Origin: an uncultured Nitrososphaerales archaeon
Lineage (GTDB): Archaea > Thermoproteota > Nitrososphaeria > Nitrososphaerales > Nitrososphaeraceae
Assembly: GCA_963841565.1 (NCBI GenBank)
Contig: CAWJCY010000007.1
Coordinates: 32,001-96,000 of the forward strand
DNA length: 64,000 nt
Direction of reading: 5' to 3'
Shown: one piece after another, positions 53,328 through 62,678 of the stretch
How positions within the stretch are numbered: position 1 is the first letter of the stretch
Layout of the letters: every line of letters begins with the position of its first letter
The notes under the pieces: generated by a model
Databases searched by the model: none
What the model saw: the letters and a program-made list of their open reading frames with translations, nothing else
Told to the model about the DNA's origin: nothing
Position numbers and translations under genes: made by a program

Positions 53328-55511
53328 TTGAAAGACTACAATACTGTAGCACTTATTATCTTGAGTCTATTCATTTCAGCCGCGTTTTGTAGTGCAGCTG
53401 ATTCTTATTCACAGCTCTACAATCCCCATGGGGTTAAGATCTTATCTCCTACCAAGGAACAAGAGGTCCCCATAAATATCCAAAATTTCACGGTTGAAGG
53501 AGTTTCTACGGACAATTCTACAAACAACTGTGATGTGTCACTTCTTCTTAATGGGATCACTCCATATGTCATAGTTTCTTCAAAGGGACAGAACGGACCA
53601 GATGATTTCTCAGCTTGGGAACAAATATTCAACTCCAATTTACATTTGAACATAGGAGAAAACAAGTTAACTGCCAAATTACTCTGTTCCGACGATAAGA
53701 GCAATCAAATAACCAAATATCATTCTGTAAACTTCACAGGAACAAATGAAACGTCTTCCACTCCTATAACTAAAGTATTGAATCCGCCCTCAACAAGAGG
53801 AGATATCTCTCCAACCAATATTACTGAAATCGTTGAAAGCGAATCGACCTCATCAGAGAATGAAACGTCTTCCACTCCTATATCTAAAGTATTGAATCCG
53901 CCCTCAACAAGAGGAGATATCTCTCCAACCAATATTACTGAAATCGTTGAAAGCGAATCGACCTCATCAGATCTTGACGATCAAACTGAATTTATGAGTA
54001 GGGATCAAGTGGTTAGGAATATAACTTCAGGCCCTGTAATAATCCCTCCAGCTGAGAGTCAAGAGTCTTCCATGTTTGATTCTTCTGTTAATGATTCCGT
54101 AATAATACCTAATGCAACCAGCTCAGCTTCTGCTTCGGATAATGGAACCTCACCGTCTATAGTAATCCCTCCAGCTGAGAGTCAAGAGTCTTCCATGTTT
54201 GATTCTTCTGTTAATGATTCCGTAATAATACCTAATGCAACCAGCTCAGCTTCTGCTTCGGATAATGGAACCTCACCGTCTATAGTAATCCCTCCAGCTG
54301 AGAGTCAAGAGTCTTCCATGTTTGATTCTTCTGTTAATGATTCCGTAATAATACCTAATGCAACCAGCTCAGCTTCTGCTTCGGATAATGGAACCTCACT
54401 AACTGTACTAATCCCTTCTAGTAAGAACGGGTCTTCAGCGACCCCTGTTGCACCTCTCAATAGTCAGTCTTACAGCCCGGCCGATCAAGCTTCAAAGGAA
54501 ATCTCCGAGCAACCAGAGTCCACGGATGAAGAAAAAGACGATATTCCTCTAATATTTCCTACTCCGTCACCTCGCGTTACATTCGATGATGATAGAGATG
54601 AGTCTGTTATGAATACTCCAGTTCAAAATTTGTCTCCTGTGGTTAAAGTTGAAAATAATAATACCAAAATTGAGGAGGGCTCACTTATAATGCTCAATGC
54701 AACGCAAAGTTATTCCAACGATGGCCAGATCTTATCGAATGTTTGGAAGCAACTGACAAGCCAACCGCTTGAGTACATCGACGGTCTCAATATGCCAATT
54801 CTGAAGTTTAGGGCCCCTTATGTTTCACAAGACACACCGCTTGAATTTGAAATTTCGGTTTCAGACGCACATGGTAGGAGTAGCAATGGAATAGTTCATG
54901 TTGTGGTTAGTGACGTTACAAGCCTTAGATTAAGTGCAAACACTTCATCTAATATACTTAATCAGACTGTGTCTGAACCACATATTGGGGGTGTGTCTTC
55001 AAATGTAAAAATCCCTGGCTCATCTGAATCTAACTTCACAGGATCTCCAAATGCTTCCAACTCCATACCTACTCAGTCTGAAAACCAAACGCAACAAACG
55101 GTTGTTACCAGCTCTCCATCGAAAGGAGATGATAATAGCACTTCTATAAGGACTATGGCTGGAGTTGATCAGATAGTAAACGAAGGTATGGAGGTTATTC
55201 TCAACGGAGATTCTACCTCTACGAATAGTAGTCAGTTGTCATATGAATGGAGACAGGTAGGTGGGGATGCCAAAGTATCTCTAGGACAGCAGAATGCAAA
55301 ACAAATTAGCTTCCTGGCACCAGCAGTAGAAAAGGATTCAAAATTAACCTTCAGATTTATCGCGTCCGCTGACGGAACCCAAGTTTCGTCGGATGAGGTG
55401 AACATCACCATAAATGATATCCCTCAGAATCTTGAGAAAAACGAATCAAGCGATTCTCAAGATGAGGTAATGAGTGAAAACGACGATAACGACGACGATG
55501 ATGACAACTAG
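53328..55511 (+). CDS. Secreted Ser/Thr-rich surface glycoprotein candidate with tandem repeats and two PKD/REJ-like domains
   Basis: Signal peptide; LNATQS...WKQ...F.AP and AGVDQIVNEG...YEWRQ...FLAP domains; acidic tail. Confidence 0.8.
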   Translation: MKDYNTVALIILSLFISAAFCSAADSYSQLYNPHGVKILSPTKEQEVPINIQNFTVEGVSTDNSTNNCDVSLLLNGITPYVIVSSKGQNGPDDFSAWEQIFNSNLHLNIGENKLTAKLLCSDDKSNQITKYHSVNFTGTNETSSTPITKVLNPPSTRGDISPTNITEIVESESTSSENETSSTPISKVLNPPSTRGDISPTNITEIVESESTSSDLDDQTEFMSRDQVVRNITSGPVIIPPAESQESSMFDSSVNDSVIIPNATSSASASDNGTSPSIVIPPAESQESSMFDSSVNDSVIIPNATSSASASDNGTSPSIVIPPAESQESSMFDSSVNDSVIIPNATSSASASDNGTSLTVLIPSSKNGSSATPVAPLNSQSYSPADQASKEISEQPESTDEEKDDIPLIFPTPSPRVTFDDDRDESVMNTPVQNLSPVVKVENNNTKIEEGSLIMLNATQSYSNDGQILSNVWKQLTSQPLEYIDGLNMPILKFRAPYVSQDTPLEFEISVSDAHGRSSNGIVHVVVSDVTSLRLSANTSSNILNQTVSEPHIGGVSSNVKIPGSSESNFTGSPNASNSIPTQSENQTQQTVVTSSPSKGDDNSTSIRTMAGVDQIVNEGMEVILNGDSTSTNSSQLSYEWRQVGGDAKVSLGQQNAKQISFLAPAVEKDSKLTFRFIASADGTQVSSDEVNITINDIPQNLEKNESSDSQDEVMSENDDNDDDDDN
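53745..53971 (+). repeat. 114-bp tandem repeat, 2 copies (38 aa)
   Basis: Units start at 53745 and 53859; one substitution seen (ACT/TCT). Confidence 0.95.
54040..54399 (+). repeat. 123-bp tandem repeat, ~3 copies (41 aa)
   Basis: Units start at 54040, 54163 and 54286; apparently identical. Confidence 0.95.
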
Positions 55512-55625
55512 TCCTATTTTAACAACACTTCTGATATTGCTGGAAGCCCAACCATGAAGTAATTTCATATTCGAGGTCTCAGGAGAACGGGACTTCGACT
55601 TTCTCTAATGTCAATGATTTCCGTA

Positions 55626-56201
55626 TTAAAGGCGAGTCTTCAAGTACCATTTTGAAAATTTCTCTATAGACTTGCGGCGATGAGAGAATACAGACTTTCT
55701 ATTCAACTGGCTTAACTCTCCGAACGTCTTAGTGGTGCTTTTTGGAACAAAAATGGGATCAAAGCCCCAACCACCATCAGTAGCTAATCTGCTTAGGATT
55801 CCTTTCGTCTTGCCAGTAAAGACTTTTAAGGTATAACCATCGTTGAATGCAATCACTGAGAGAAAGCACGCTTTTCGATCTCTTTTGTTTTCCATTAGTT
55901 TCAACAAACCTTGGTTGCCTAGGGTTTTGTAAACGAATGATGAATACTGTCCTGGGAAACCTTTCAATGAAGTTATGTAGAAGCCATCATCTTCAATGAT
56001 TACTGGCTTTTGGAGATATTCAAATGCGTTAGTCGATTTGGCCCTCGCTATTCGATGTACTGATTCGGATTGGATTTCCTGGAGTGACACTTTGACAAAG
56101 TGGGATACTATTCCATAGTGGTCCAGTATAGACTCAATTTCTTTGTACTTGTTGGAATTCGAACTTGCAAAATAAATTTCCTTCATCTTCGTCTGTCCCA
56201 A
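55626..56201 (-). CDS. rdgB: Non-canonical purine NTP pyrophosphatase (RdgB/HAM1)
   Basis: FASSNSNKYKE, EDDG, GFPG.YS, WGFDPIF, SHR. Confidence 0.94.
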   Translation of the reverse strand: MGQTKMKEIYFASSNSNKYKEIESILDHYGIVSHFVKVSLQEIQSESVHRIARAKSTNAFEYLQKPVIIEDDGFYITSLKGFPGQYSSFVYKTLGNQGLLKLMENKRDRKACFLSVIAFNDGYTLKVFTGKTKGILSRLATDGGWGFDPIFVPKSTTKTFGELSQLNRKSVFSHRRKSIEKFSKWYLKTRL

Positions 56202-56277
56202 ATTGAGATACTATAGAAAATCAATTAGAGGTCATTATTATTCCAATACCAACAGTCGATGGTATGTTGGGTCAACG

Positions 56278-56931
56278 TTAGTAGGAATTCGCGATGCGTG
56301 AATATCTTCCCCTACTCTGTATTTCGTCGACCTTTCGCAATACCTTTTTCCCTTTTTCGGAGGCGCTAAATGACGAATATGCATCAGAGAAATTCGAGAA
56401 AGCTTGATCATAAATCTCATAGTGCACGCTATTTAGGACCTCCTTGAGCATCCGCACATCTGATGCCATGTCTTCCAGTCTTTGAGAAAAGAAAGACAAC
56501 CCAAAATCTATTATTGCGAGTTCAGGATAACTTTCCCGTGGGGGGCTTTCAACAATAAAATTAGAAGTAGTTACATCTCCGTGGATTATGTTCTTGGAAT
56601 GAAGTTTTGCAATGCATTCTCCTAATTTTAACGCCAGGCTAGAGGAAAAGACCGACTTCAAATTTACACCTTCGATGTACTCCATAATTATTTCATTCCG
56701 GTTTGTATCCAGGAAATATACGTACGGAGATCTAATCCCTGTCTCTTTGGCCTTCGAGAGCATCTCTGCCTCGCGAATTGTCCTTCTATGCCTCAGCTCC
56801 CTGTCTAGGGTAGGATGTCGATAAGATCTCTCAGTTCTCATTTTTGACAATGCTCGGTTACCGTACCAATCAATTAAAAAGAGGTCTGCCTCAGACCCTT
56901 TCTTGAGTAGGATCGGGAGTTTGTTCGACAA
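56278..56931 (-). CDS. bud32: KEOPS kinase Bud32
   Basis: KGSEA, YRHPTLD, IHGDVTTSN, IDFGL, RGRY. Confidence 0.94.
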   Translation of the reverse strand: MSNKLPILLKKGSEADLFLIDWYGNRALSKMRTERSYRHPTLDRELRHRRTIREAEMLSKAKETGIRSPYVYFLDTNRNEIIMEYIEGVNLKSVFSSSLALKLGECIAKLHSKNIIHGDVTTSNFIVESPPRESYPELAIIDFGLSFFSQRLEDMASDVRMLKEVLNSVHYEIYDQAFSNFSDAYSSFSASEKGKKVLRKVDEIQSRGRYSRIANSY

Positions 56932-56964
56932 TAGTGATATAAATCTGAGCAATATCATAAAAGT

Positions 56965-57294
56965 GTGAGTGGGGCTGAACCAAGACCAGGAGAAAAACTG
57001 ATCATACAAGAAGACTGTGCAGAGGATAAATTGAAGAATGGAATATTGACATTGACAAACCAACGACTCATTTTCGAAAAGACAGAAGGTAGAATGACAA
57101 CGTTGAGCAAGAAGACCGAGGAGGTGCTGCTCGACATTCCACTGGAAAAGATTTTAGCATCAAAGTCAGAGGGGTTTATTATAGCAAAAGTCGTAGTCGA
57201 ATTAAGTGATCGGTCTTACAAATTCGGCGTCCTAAATACAGGACATTGGGCAAAGGAAATAATGACCCGAGTTAACGAAGCCAAACGTAGTTAA
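56965..57294 (+). CDS. Small PH/GRAM-like domain protein
   Basis: GEKLI...GILTLTNQRLIF...IPLEKI pattern. Confidence 0.7.
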   Translation: MSGAEPRPGEKLIIQEDCAEDKLKNGILTLTNQRLIFEKTEGRMTTLSKKTEEVLLDIPLEKILASKSEGFIIAKVVVELSDRSYKFGVLNTGHWAKEIMTRVNEAKRS

Positions 57295-57304
57295 TTGCTG
57301 ACGA

Positions 57305-58317
57305 TCATCTCCATGTTACATTCACAGAGTCTAAACGCCAAGCTTGATCGATAAAACCATTTTCTGGCGCTACACCAACTTTCGAATAAACATGATCAAT
57401 TAAGCTTGTTAACGCAATTTGGACGCCATTGTCTCCCGCATAACGGATTGGACAGATATGCAGTTTAGTACCGTGTCTTGCGCAAACATAATTTAACATG
57501 TCTGCTAGACGTCTATTAGCTGCTACTCCTCCAACTACTATTACTTCCTCTTTGTTCGTGAATGAAATAGCTCTCTCAGTGGCCTCGGCCAAAATTGCAA
57601 ATGCCGTTTCCTGTAGAGAGTAACATGTATTGCCGATGTCAAATCTCCCGTCTTTGGTACGTTTTATTGCTGCTGTAAGCAACCCACTGAAGGAAACATC
57701 ATTTCCTTTAATCGTGTATGGTATCCAAGAATACTCTTTTCTGGAATTTGTTGCTAACCTTTCAATCATCGATCCACAAGGGGATGAAAAACCTAATGAC
57801 CTGCCAAATTGATCAAGTAGTTGACCTATGGTGATGTCCAACGTTTCTCCGAATATTCTCCATCTTTTATTAAAATACAAGAGAATCATCGTGTGTCCGC
57901 CTGAAACCAGAACGACCAAAGGATCCCTAGCACCCGTCAGACAAGCCCCAAGTTCAATGTGAGCTAATCCATGATTGACAGGCACCAAGGGTTTTCTATA
58001 ATAAGTGGACAGCAGGCGAGCTGAGAACAGACTCCTATCCTAAGGCATGGTCCCAGCCCGGGACCTGCAGAATAACCTATTATATCTATTTGTTCCATCT
58101 TTAAACAAGAATGCGCAATTGCTTCTTTCAAGATTCTGCTGCACACATTCGCGTGATGTCTGGATGCCTCTCTTGGGTGTATCCCGGAACCTTCTGGAGG
58201 CCTGTAAGACGACCGTACATCTGACAATATCCTAAAAGATCCTTTCCTTTTCCCTTTCATTTCTGCAATGGCACAACCGAAAGTGTGAGCTGTACTTTCT
58301 ATTCCTAAAGCTAACAA
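57305..58317 (-). CDS. kae1: KEOPS t6A synthase Kae1; apparent indels at ~58022 and ~58031
   Basis: LGIESTAHT, GIHPREA, GPGLGPCL, VNHGLAHIE, SGGHT, GETLDI, GDNGVQIA. Confidence 0.94.
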
Positions 58318-58333
58318 AGAGAGTCTTTATCTC

Positions 58334-59536
58334 CTATCTTCTACTAGTCGCCGAAACAATTTTTATCACGTCTCTATCCTTTAACCTGTACTCTGCTCCT
58401 ACTCTCTGTTTAGATCTCACATCGATACCGTAAAGAAAGCCTTTGCCCAATTGTTCATGCACTTTTGCGGCAAGATCCTTAGCAGTAGAATCTTTTGATA
58501 ACAGATAAGCATCAGGAAGAACATTTCCCTTCTTATCCATTAATCTGTTCTCGTCCTCAACAGGGTAAACTACGATCATCCCAAGAAGTCCAAAGCACAC
58601 CCTATTCAAAATCTGCTGAACACCTGTTGAACCGTATTTGGTTAGAACTGCCTGAACTTTTATCAATGCTTTCTTTTGGTCTTCCCGAAGTAACGCTTTT
58701 GGGTTGATGTCAAATGAACTGTCTCCAGGGAGATACCGCAGCACCCCATTTTTTGATCCGAGCTTAAGCATGACTTCAGCCTCGGAAATGCAGGGGATCA
58801 CTTCGCTATCGAGGTTCTTAAGTCTCAGTAAGTTCGAGTCAGCTGTAATGAAATCTGCCTTGTTAGCAGCAACTATCATCGGTTTTGCCAATTTCCTTAA
58901 TGTTTGACAAAACAACAATAGATCAGCGGGAGACCAGGAAGATAACTTCTTATCACCAAGTCGTGTTTCATTCAACGAGATAATTATCTGACTTTCCTTA
59001 ACCGACAATCCTGAAAGCTGTCTCGATAATATTTTTGATACCTTATCTGGGGTTCCCTGCAAATCCCTTGAAGTCCTCTCCATGTTCTTTTTCAGATGTG
59101 CAACCAACCACATATCAAATTCCTCTAATACAAATTCTACATCCTGAATAGGATTTCCTGTGCCAGGGCTTACTGCGCGTCCTTCTGAATCAGTACTCCC
59201 AGCTACGTCTACGACATGCACCAGAGCATCGGCTTCTCTTGCACTATCTAAAAACTGGTTTCCAAGGCCTCTGCCATTGTGGGCGCCGGGAACAAGCCCG
59301 GCTATGTCTAGTATTCTGATAGGAATATACCTGCTACCGTCTATACACATCGAATGTAATGGATTATCCTGAACTTGGAATTCTCTGCATACGCACCTTG
59401 TCCTTAAGTATCCTATGCCAATATTCGGTTCTATCGTTGTAAAAGGAAAGTTAGCAGTTTGAACTCCTAAACTAGTGGCAGCATTAAAGAACGTAGACTT
59501 ACCGACATTTGATTTTCCAATAATCCCTATTAGCAA
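58334..59536 (-). CDS. ychF: YchF/Obg-family NTPase with TGS domain
   Basis: GKSNVGKST, ANFPFTTIEPN, DIAGL, GLGNQFL, ANKAD. Confidence 0.94.
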   Translation of the reverse strand: MLIGIIGKSNVGKSTFFNAATSLGVQTANFPFTTIEPNIGIGYLRTRCVCREFQVQDNPLHSMCIDGSRYIPIRILDIAGLVPGAHNGRGLGNQFLDSAREADALVHVVDVAGSTDSEGRAVSPGTGNPIQDVEFVLEEFDMWLVAHLKKNMERTSRDLQGTPDKVSKILSRQLSGLSVKESQIIISLNETRLGDKKLSSWSPADLLLFCQTLRKLAKPMIVAANKADFITADSNLLRLKNLDSEVIPCISEAEVMLKLGSKNGVLRYLPGDSSFDINPKALLREDQKKALIKVQAVLTKYGSTGVQQILNRVCFGLLGMIVVYPVEDENRLMDKKGNVLPDAYLLSKDSTAKDLAAKVHEQLGKGFLYGIDVRSKQRVGAEYRLKDRDVIKIVSATSRR

Positions 59537-59690
59537 TTATGTCCAGATGTTATGATATTATTATATATAGACATACTTTACACACGAGAAAAATCACGCA
59601 AACTATGCTTTGACCTATTTATTCGTAGCTCTGGCACTAACCTTAAATAGGTACTTGGATTTTATGAAGCATTTTAGGAGAGAACCTGAT

Positions 59691-61064
59691 TTGGCAGGAA
59701 TTGTCGCAGTTTCAGACGCTGTACCTAGTAGGGCAAAAAATGTTGTTTACATTCTGGCCCACTGTATGCGAATGCTTCAGCACAGAGGCAAGGCCTATTG
59801 GAAAATAATGGTGGACAAGAATGTTGCCGAGGGTGATGGTCCATTGCCTTATGAAGAAAAGATTTTCAGAATAGTAAGCGAGCATAAACTCATCGGATAT
59901 GATGGGATTGGATTTCTGTCTAAGCGACGGCCGGAGTCGAGTGGCTTCAAACATAGTCAAATCGCCTTAGACGGATTCTTAGTCGATACCGAAAAACTGT
60001 ACCTACACCCACTAATAGGTGGGGCAAGAGATAGCGACCCACTGTATCAAATTTATTGCATTTTCAAGATACTTCTAACAAAAAATTGTGATCCGCCGAA
60101 GGCTACCGACTTTTTAGATAGACATTTAAGAGGAAATATGCTCGTACGGGTGGACGGCAATATCTATGCGTATCGAAATAGCACGGGGTTCAAGCCTCTA
60201 GTTTTAGGAAGTAACAAAAAAAAGACATTGCACGTGATTGCGTCAGAAAATTCCCTACGGATTTCGTTAATAGATCTCACATTCAGAGATGTGGGCCCAG
60301 GGGAATTATTAAAACTGGACAGAAAATCTGGCCCTGTCTCATTGACAACACAGCCATCACCCAATATGGTAGTGGACCCTTTTGAATTTATCAGAGAATC
60401 GAATGTAGCATCTATCGTAAACGGTAAGAGTATCTATGAAATAAGGAAAAATATCGGAAGGGAGCAGTCGAAGTTTCTTTCTGGGAGATTCCAGATCGAA
60501 TCTGCGTTCGCCGAACCCGACTACACGAGACCTATGGGCTTGGGCTTTAGCTTGGAATATCAAAAAAATCATAAGATTTTTGAAATGGGGGAGGGTGTCA
60601 TAAAAGATCGATATGATGATTCCGATCATATGATCGACTTTTCAGAAGAAGTAAGCAAGTACAAACTATTAACAACAAGTAAATCCCTGAAATTTGTTGT
60701 GGAGAATTTGGTCTCGGATAAGAGCATTGGAACAATCCAGGGTACCATTCAGACTGGTGCAACGGTCAAGGAAACAATTCATTATCTGAAGAAAGCGGGG
60801 GCAAAGCAGATCATTGTCCTTGTTAGCTATCCACCAACGATTGATGGTAGACAGGTTGGACTCTACACACAGCACCGAGATCTTGTCGCCAACAAGTATG
60901 TAGGAAAGGTATCATCGATCGATGAAATCAACTCACTAATAAGTCACGAAATAGGCGCTGATAAGGTCTATTATAATTCTCCTACCTCGTTAGCTAAGGC
61001 GATAGGAATTGCCGAAGTAAACTTATGGTTTCCGGAATGGATAAGATTCTTGGAGTATCAGTGA
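59691..61064 (+). CDS. Degenerate amidophosphoribosyltransferase (PurF)-like protein
   Basis: LQHRG, GFKPLVLG, IASE, RDVGPGE, EGVIKDRY, IGADKV retained; catalytic residues missing; AGGAG 11 nt before TTG 59691. Confidence 0.8.
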   Translation: MAGIVAVSDAVPSRAKNVVYILAHCMRMLQHRGKAYWKIMVDKNVAEGDGPLPYEEKIFRIVSEHKLIGYDGIGFLSKRRPESSGFKHSQIALDGFLVDTEKLYLHPLIGGARDSDPLYQIYCIFKILLTKNCDPPKATDFLDRHLRGNMLVRVDGNIYAYRNSTGFKPLVLGSNKKKTLHVIASENSLRISLIDLTFRDVGPGELLKLDRKSGPVSLTTQPSPNMVVDPFEFIRESNVASIVNGKSIYEIRKNIGREQSKFLSGRFQIESAFAEPDYTRPMGLGFSLEYQKNHKIFEMGEGVIKDRYDDSDHMIDFSEEVSKYKLLTTSKSLKFVVENLVSDKSIGTIQGTIQTGATVKETIHYLKKAGAKQIIVLVSYPPTIDGRQVGLYTQHRDLVANKYVGKVSSIDEINSLISHEIGADKVYYNSPTSLAKAIGIAEVNLWFPEWIRFLEYQ

Positions 61065-61399
61065 TTGGTCTGGATATCAAGACTGATGTTGAAAGGCTTA
61101 GAATTTCGAACGCACCAATACACAAAGTAGTCCTATTCGAAGGCATTTCATTATCAGACAACAACGTATCCATTGAAAAAGTTGAACTCAGACAATATAT
61201 GGAAAGATTGGATAAGGAGAAGGGATTTTATTCACTAATAACAGTTTACCTTAAATCAAGCAAAGGGGAAATAGAACTAAAGTTCGATGAAGGGTTCAAA
61301 GGGAGAAATCCCCTGCCAGAGATTTGCTTAACTCTGATGAAATACATAGGTCTTGAGTCATTAATAAATCGACTTGTCATCGCGCTAAATGAAACGTAG
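61061..61399 (+). CDS. Hypothetical protein coupled to the PurF-like gene
   Basis: GTGA start/stop overlap at 61061-61064. Confidence 0.7.
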   Translation: MIGLDIKTDVERLRISNAPIHKVVLFEGISLSDNNVSIEKVELRQYMERLDKEKGFYSLITVYLKSSKGEIELKFDEGFKGRNPLPEICLTLMKYIGLESLINRLVIALNET

Positions 61400-61482
61400 G
61401 GAATTGAAGTTAGGCCCAATTCTAAATTCATTTGCAATATCATAGAGGATGTCTGACAGCCCAGCACGATCAATTGGTATTG

Positions 61483-61992
61483 TTACTTAAAATCCTCACG
61501 AACGGATTTTGCATAATTGCGAATATCTTTAACATTTCCTACTATTCCAGCAAGATCCTTAGTCCCATCTGTACTTCCGATGCTATGCAAAAGCTGCCTT
61601 ACTTCCGATACCATGGAACTAATTTCTGAAATCAAATCTTTTGATGCGCTAACCAATTCCTTGGTACCTCCCTCGCTGTTAAGATTATCTAGTGAAAGTC
61701 TGCACGCTCTTATAGTGCTCGAGATTTCATCCATTAGGCCTGAATTCTGAGAGTCGCTGCGCAGGCTATCTATTTTCGAAGAAATCCTTTCAATCGACTC
61801 CAAAGTCAGCCTGAAATTTTCAATATTTTTGACCATGGAAGGATCTTTAAAGGACTCGACTACCTCTTTAACTGTAGCTGTAATATCCTTCACCCTATTC
61901 AAAGATTCATGTACTTCGGGATTTTTGAGGTCTCGAATTATCTGTATCGCATTCGAAGAAGTCTCTCGAATGTCATTTAGCTTCCCGCCCAT
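61483..61992 (-). CDS. Helical/coiled-coil hypothetical protein
   Basis: Amphipathic heptad-like pattern throughout. Confidence 0.7.
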   Translation of the reverse strand: MGGKLNDIRETSSNAIQIIRDLKNPEVHESLNRVKDITATVKEVVESFKDPSMVKNIENFRLTLESIERISSKIDSLRSDSQNSGLMDEISSTIRACRLSLDNLNSEGGTKELVSASKDLISEISSMVSEVRQLLHSIGSTDGTKDLAGIVGNVKDIRNYAKSVREDFK

Positions 61993-62350
61993 AATTGTAA
62001 TACATTCACTTAGTTAATAAAACTAAACTAGTACAAACTATTTATGGTGAAACGAGAATGGAATGAAATGTTCTATTGCAATTAGAAATCGCCACGGTTT
62101 GATTGCTCGGCTATGCAAAAAGTCACGCCCATCCGATATATCAATTCACGAACTAATTTGATAATAAGCCATTTTGAGAGGCCTGCAGGATTTTAGACAT
62201 TAGCCGTCAAGCGTTTATACCAGTACCATGATATCAAACCTTTATTCGTTAGAATCGGCAGAAGAAAACATTTACAATAATCTAAAAAAAAAGAATACCA
62301 TAATACTCAGTCGCGCCCCTTTTATTCCAGGTGATGGCGTACGCCAATTG

Positions 62351-62623
62351 ATGAAGCATAGGAATAGGTTAGAAATCATTGCACTAATTCTCCAGAACTC
62401 GTCGGATGAAAGTGGTGCATCTCAAAAAAAGATCATGTACAGGTCATTTTTGTCATATCATCATCTTAAAGACTATCTAACTCTTTTATTGGTAAATGGT
62501 CTGATCGAGTTTTTAGGTAATCAAAGAAAATACAGGATTACAGCCAAGGGTAAGAAATTTTTGCAGATATATAATGGGCTTAATGAAGTGGTAGAAATAA
62601 CAAATACGATAACTTCGAGATGA
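62351..62623 (+). CDS. Winged-helix transcription regulator
   Basis: RNRLEIIALIL, IMYRSFLSY, YRITAKGKKFL. Confidence 0.85.
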   Translation: MKHRNRLEIIALILQNSSDESGASQKKIMYRSFLSYHHLKDYLTLLLVNGLIEFLGNQRKYRITAKGKKFLQIYNGLNEVVEITNTITSR

Positions 62624-62678
62624 AATTCGAAGGCTCCTATTACTTTATGCCATCCCCAAGGCTTTGTTTTTCCCATAT

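Noticed and set aside
53745-54399. Tandem repeats as a CRISPR array
   Set aside because: Long in-frame coding units with no unique spacers and no cas genes
55572-55607. 10-bp hairpin TCGAGGTCTC/GGGACTTCGA plus pyrimidine tract
   Set aside because: Consistent with an ordinary transcript-end structure between convergent genes
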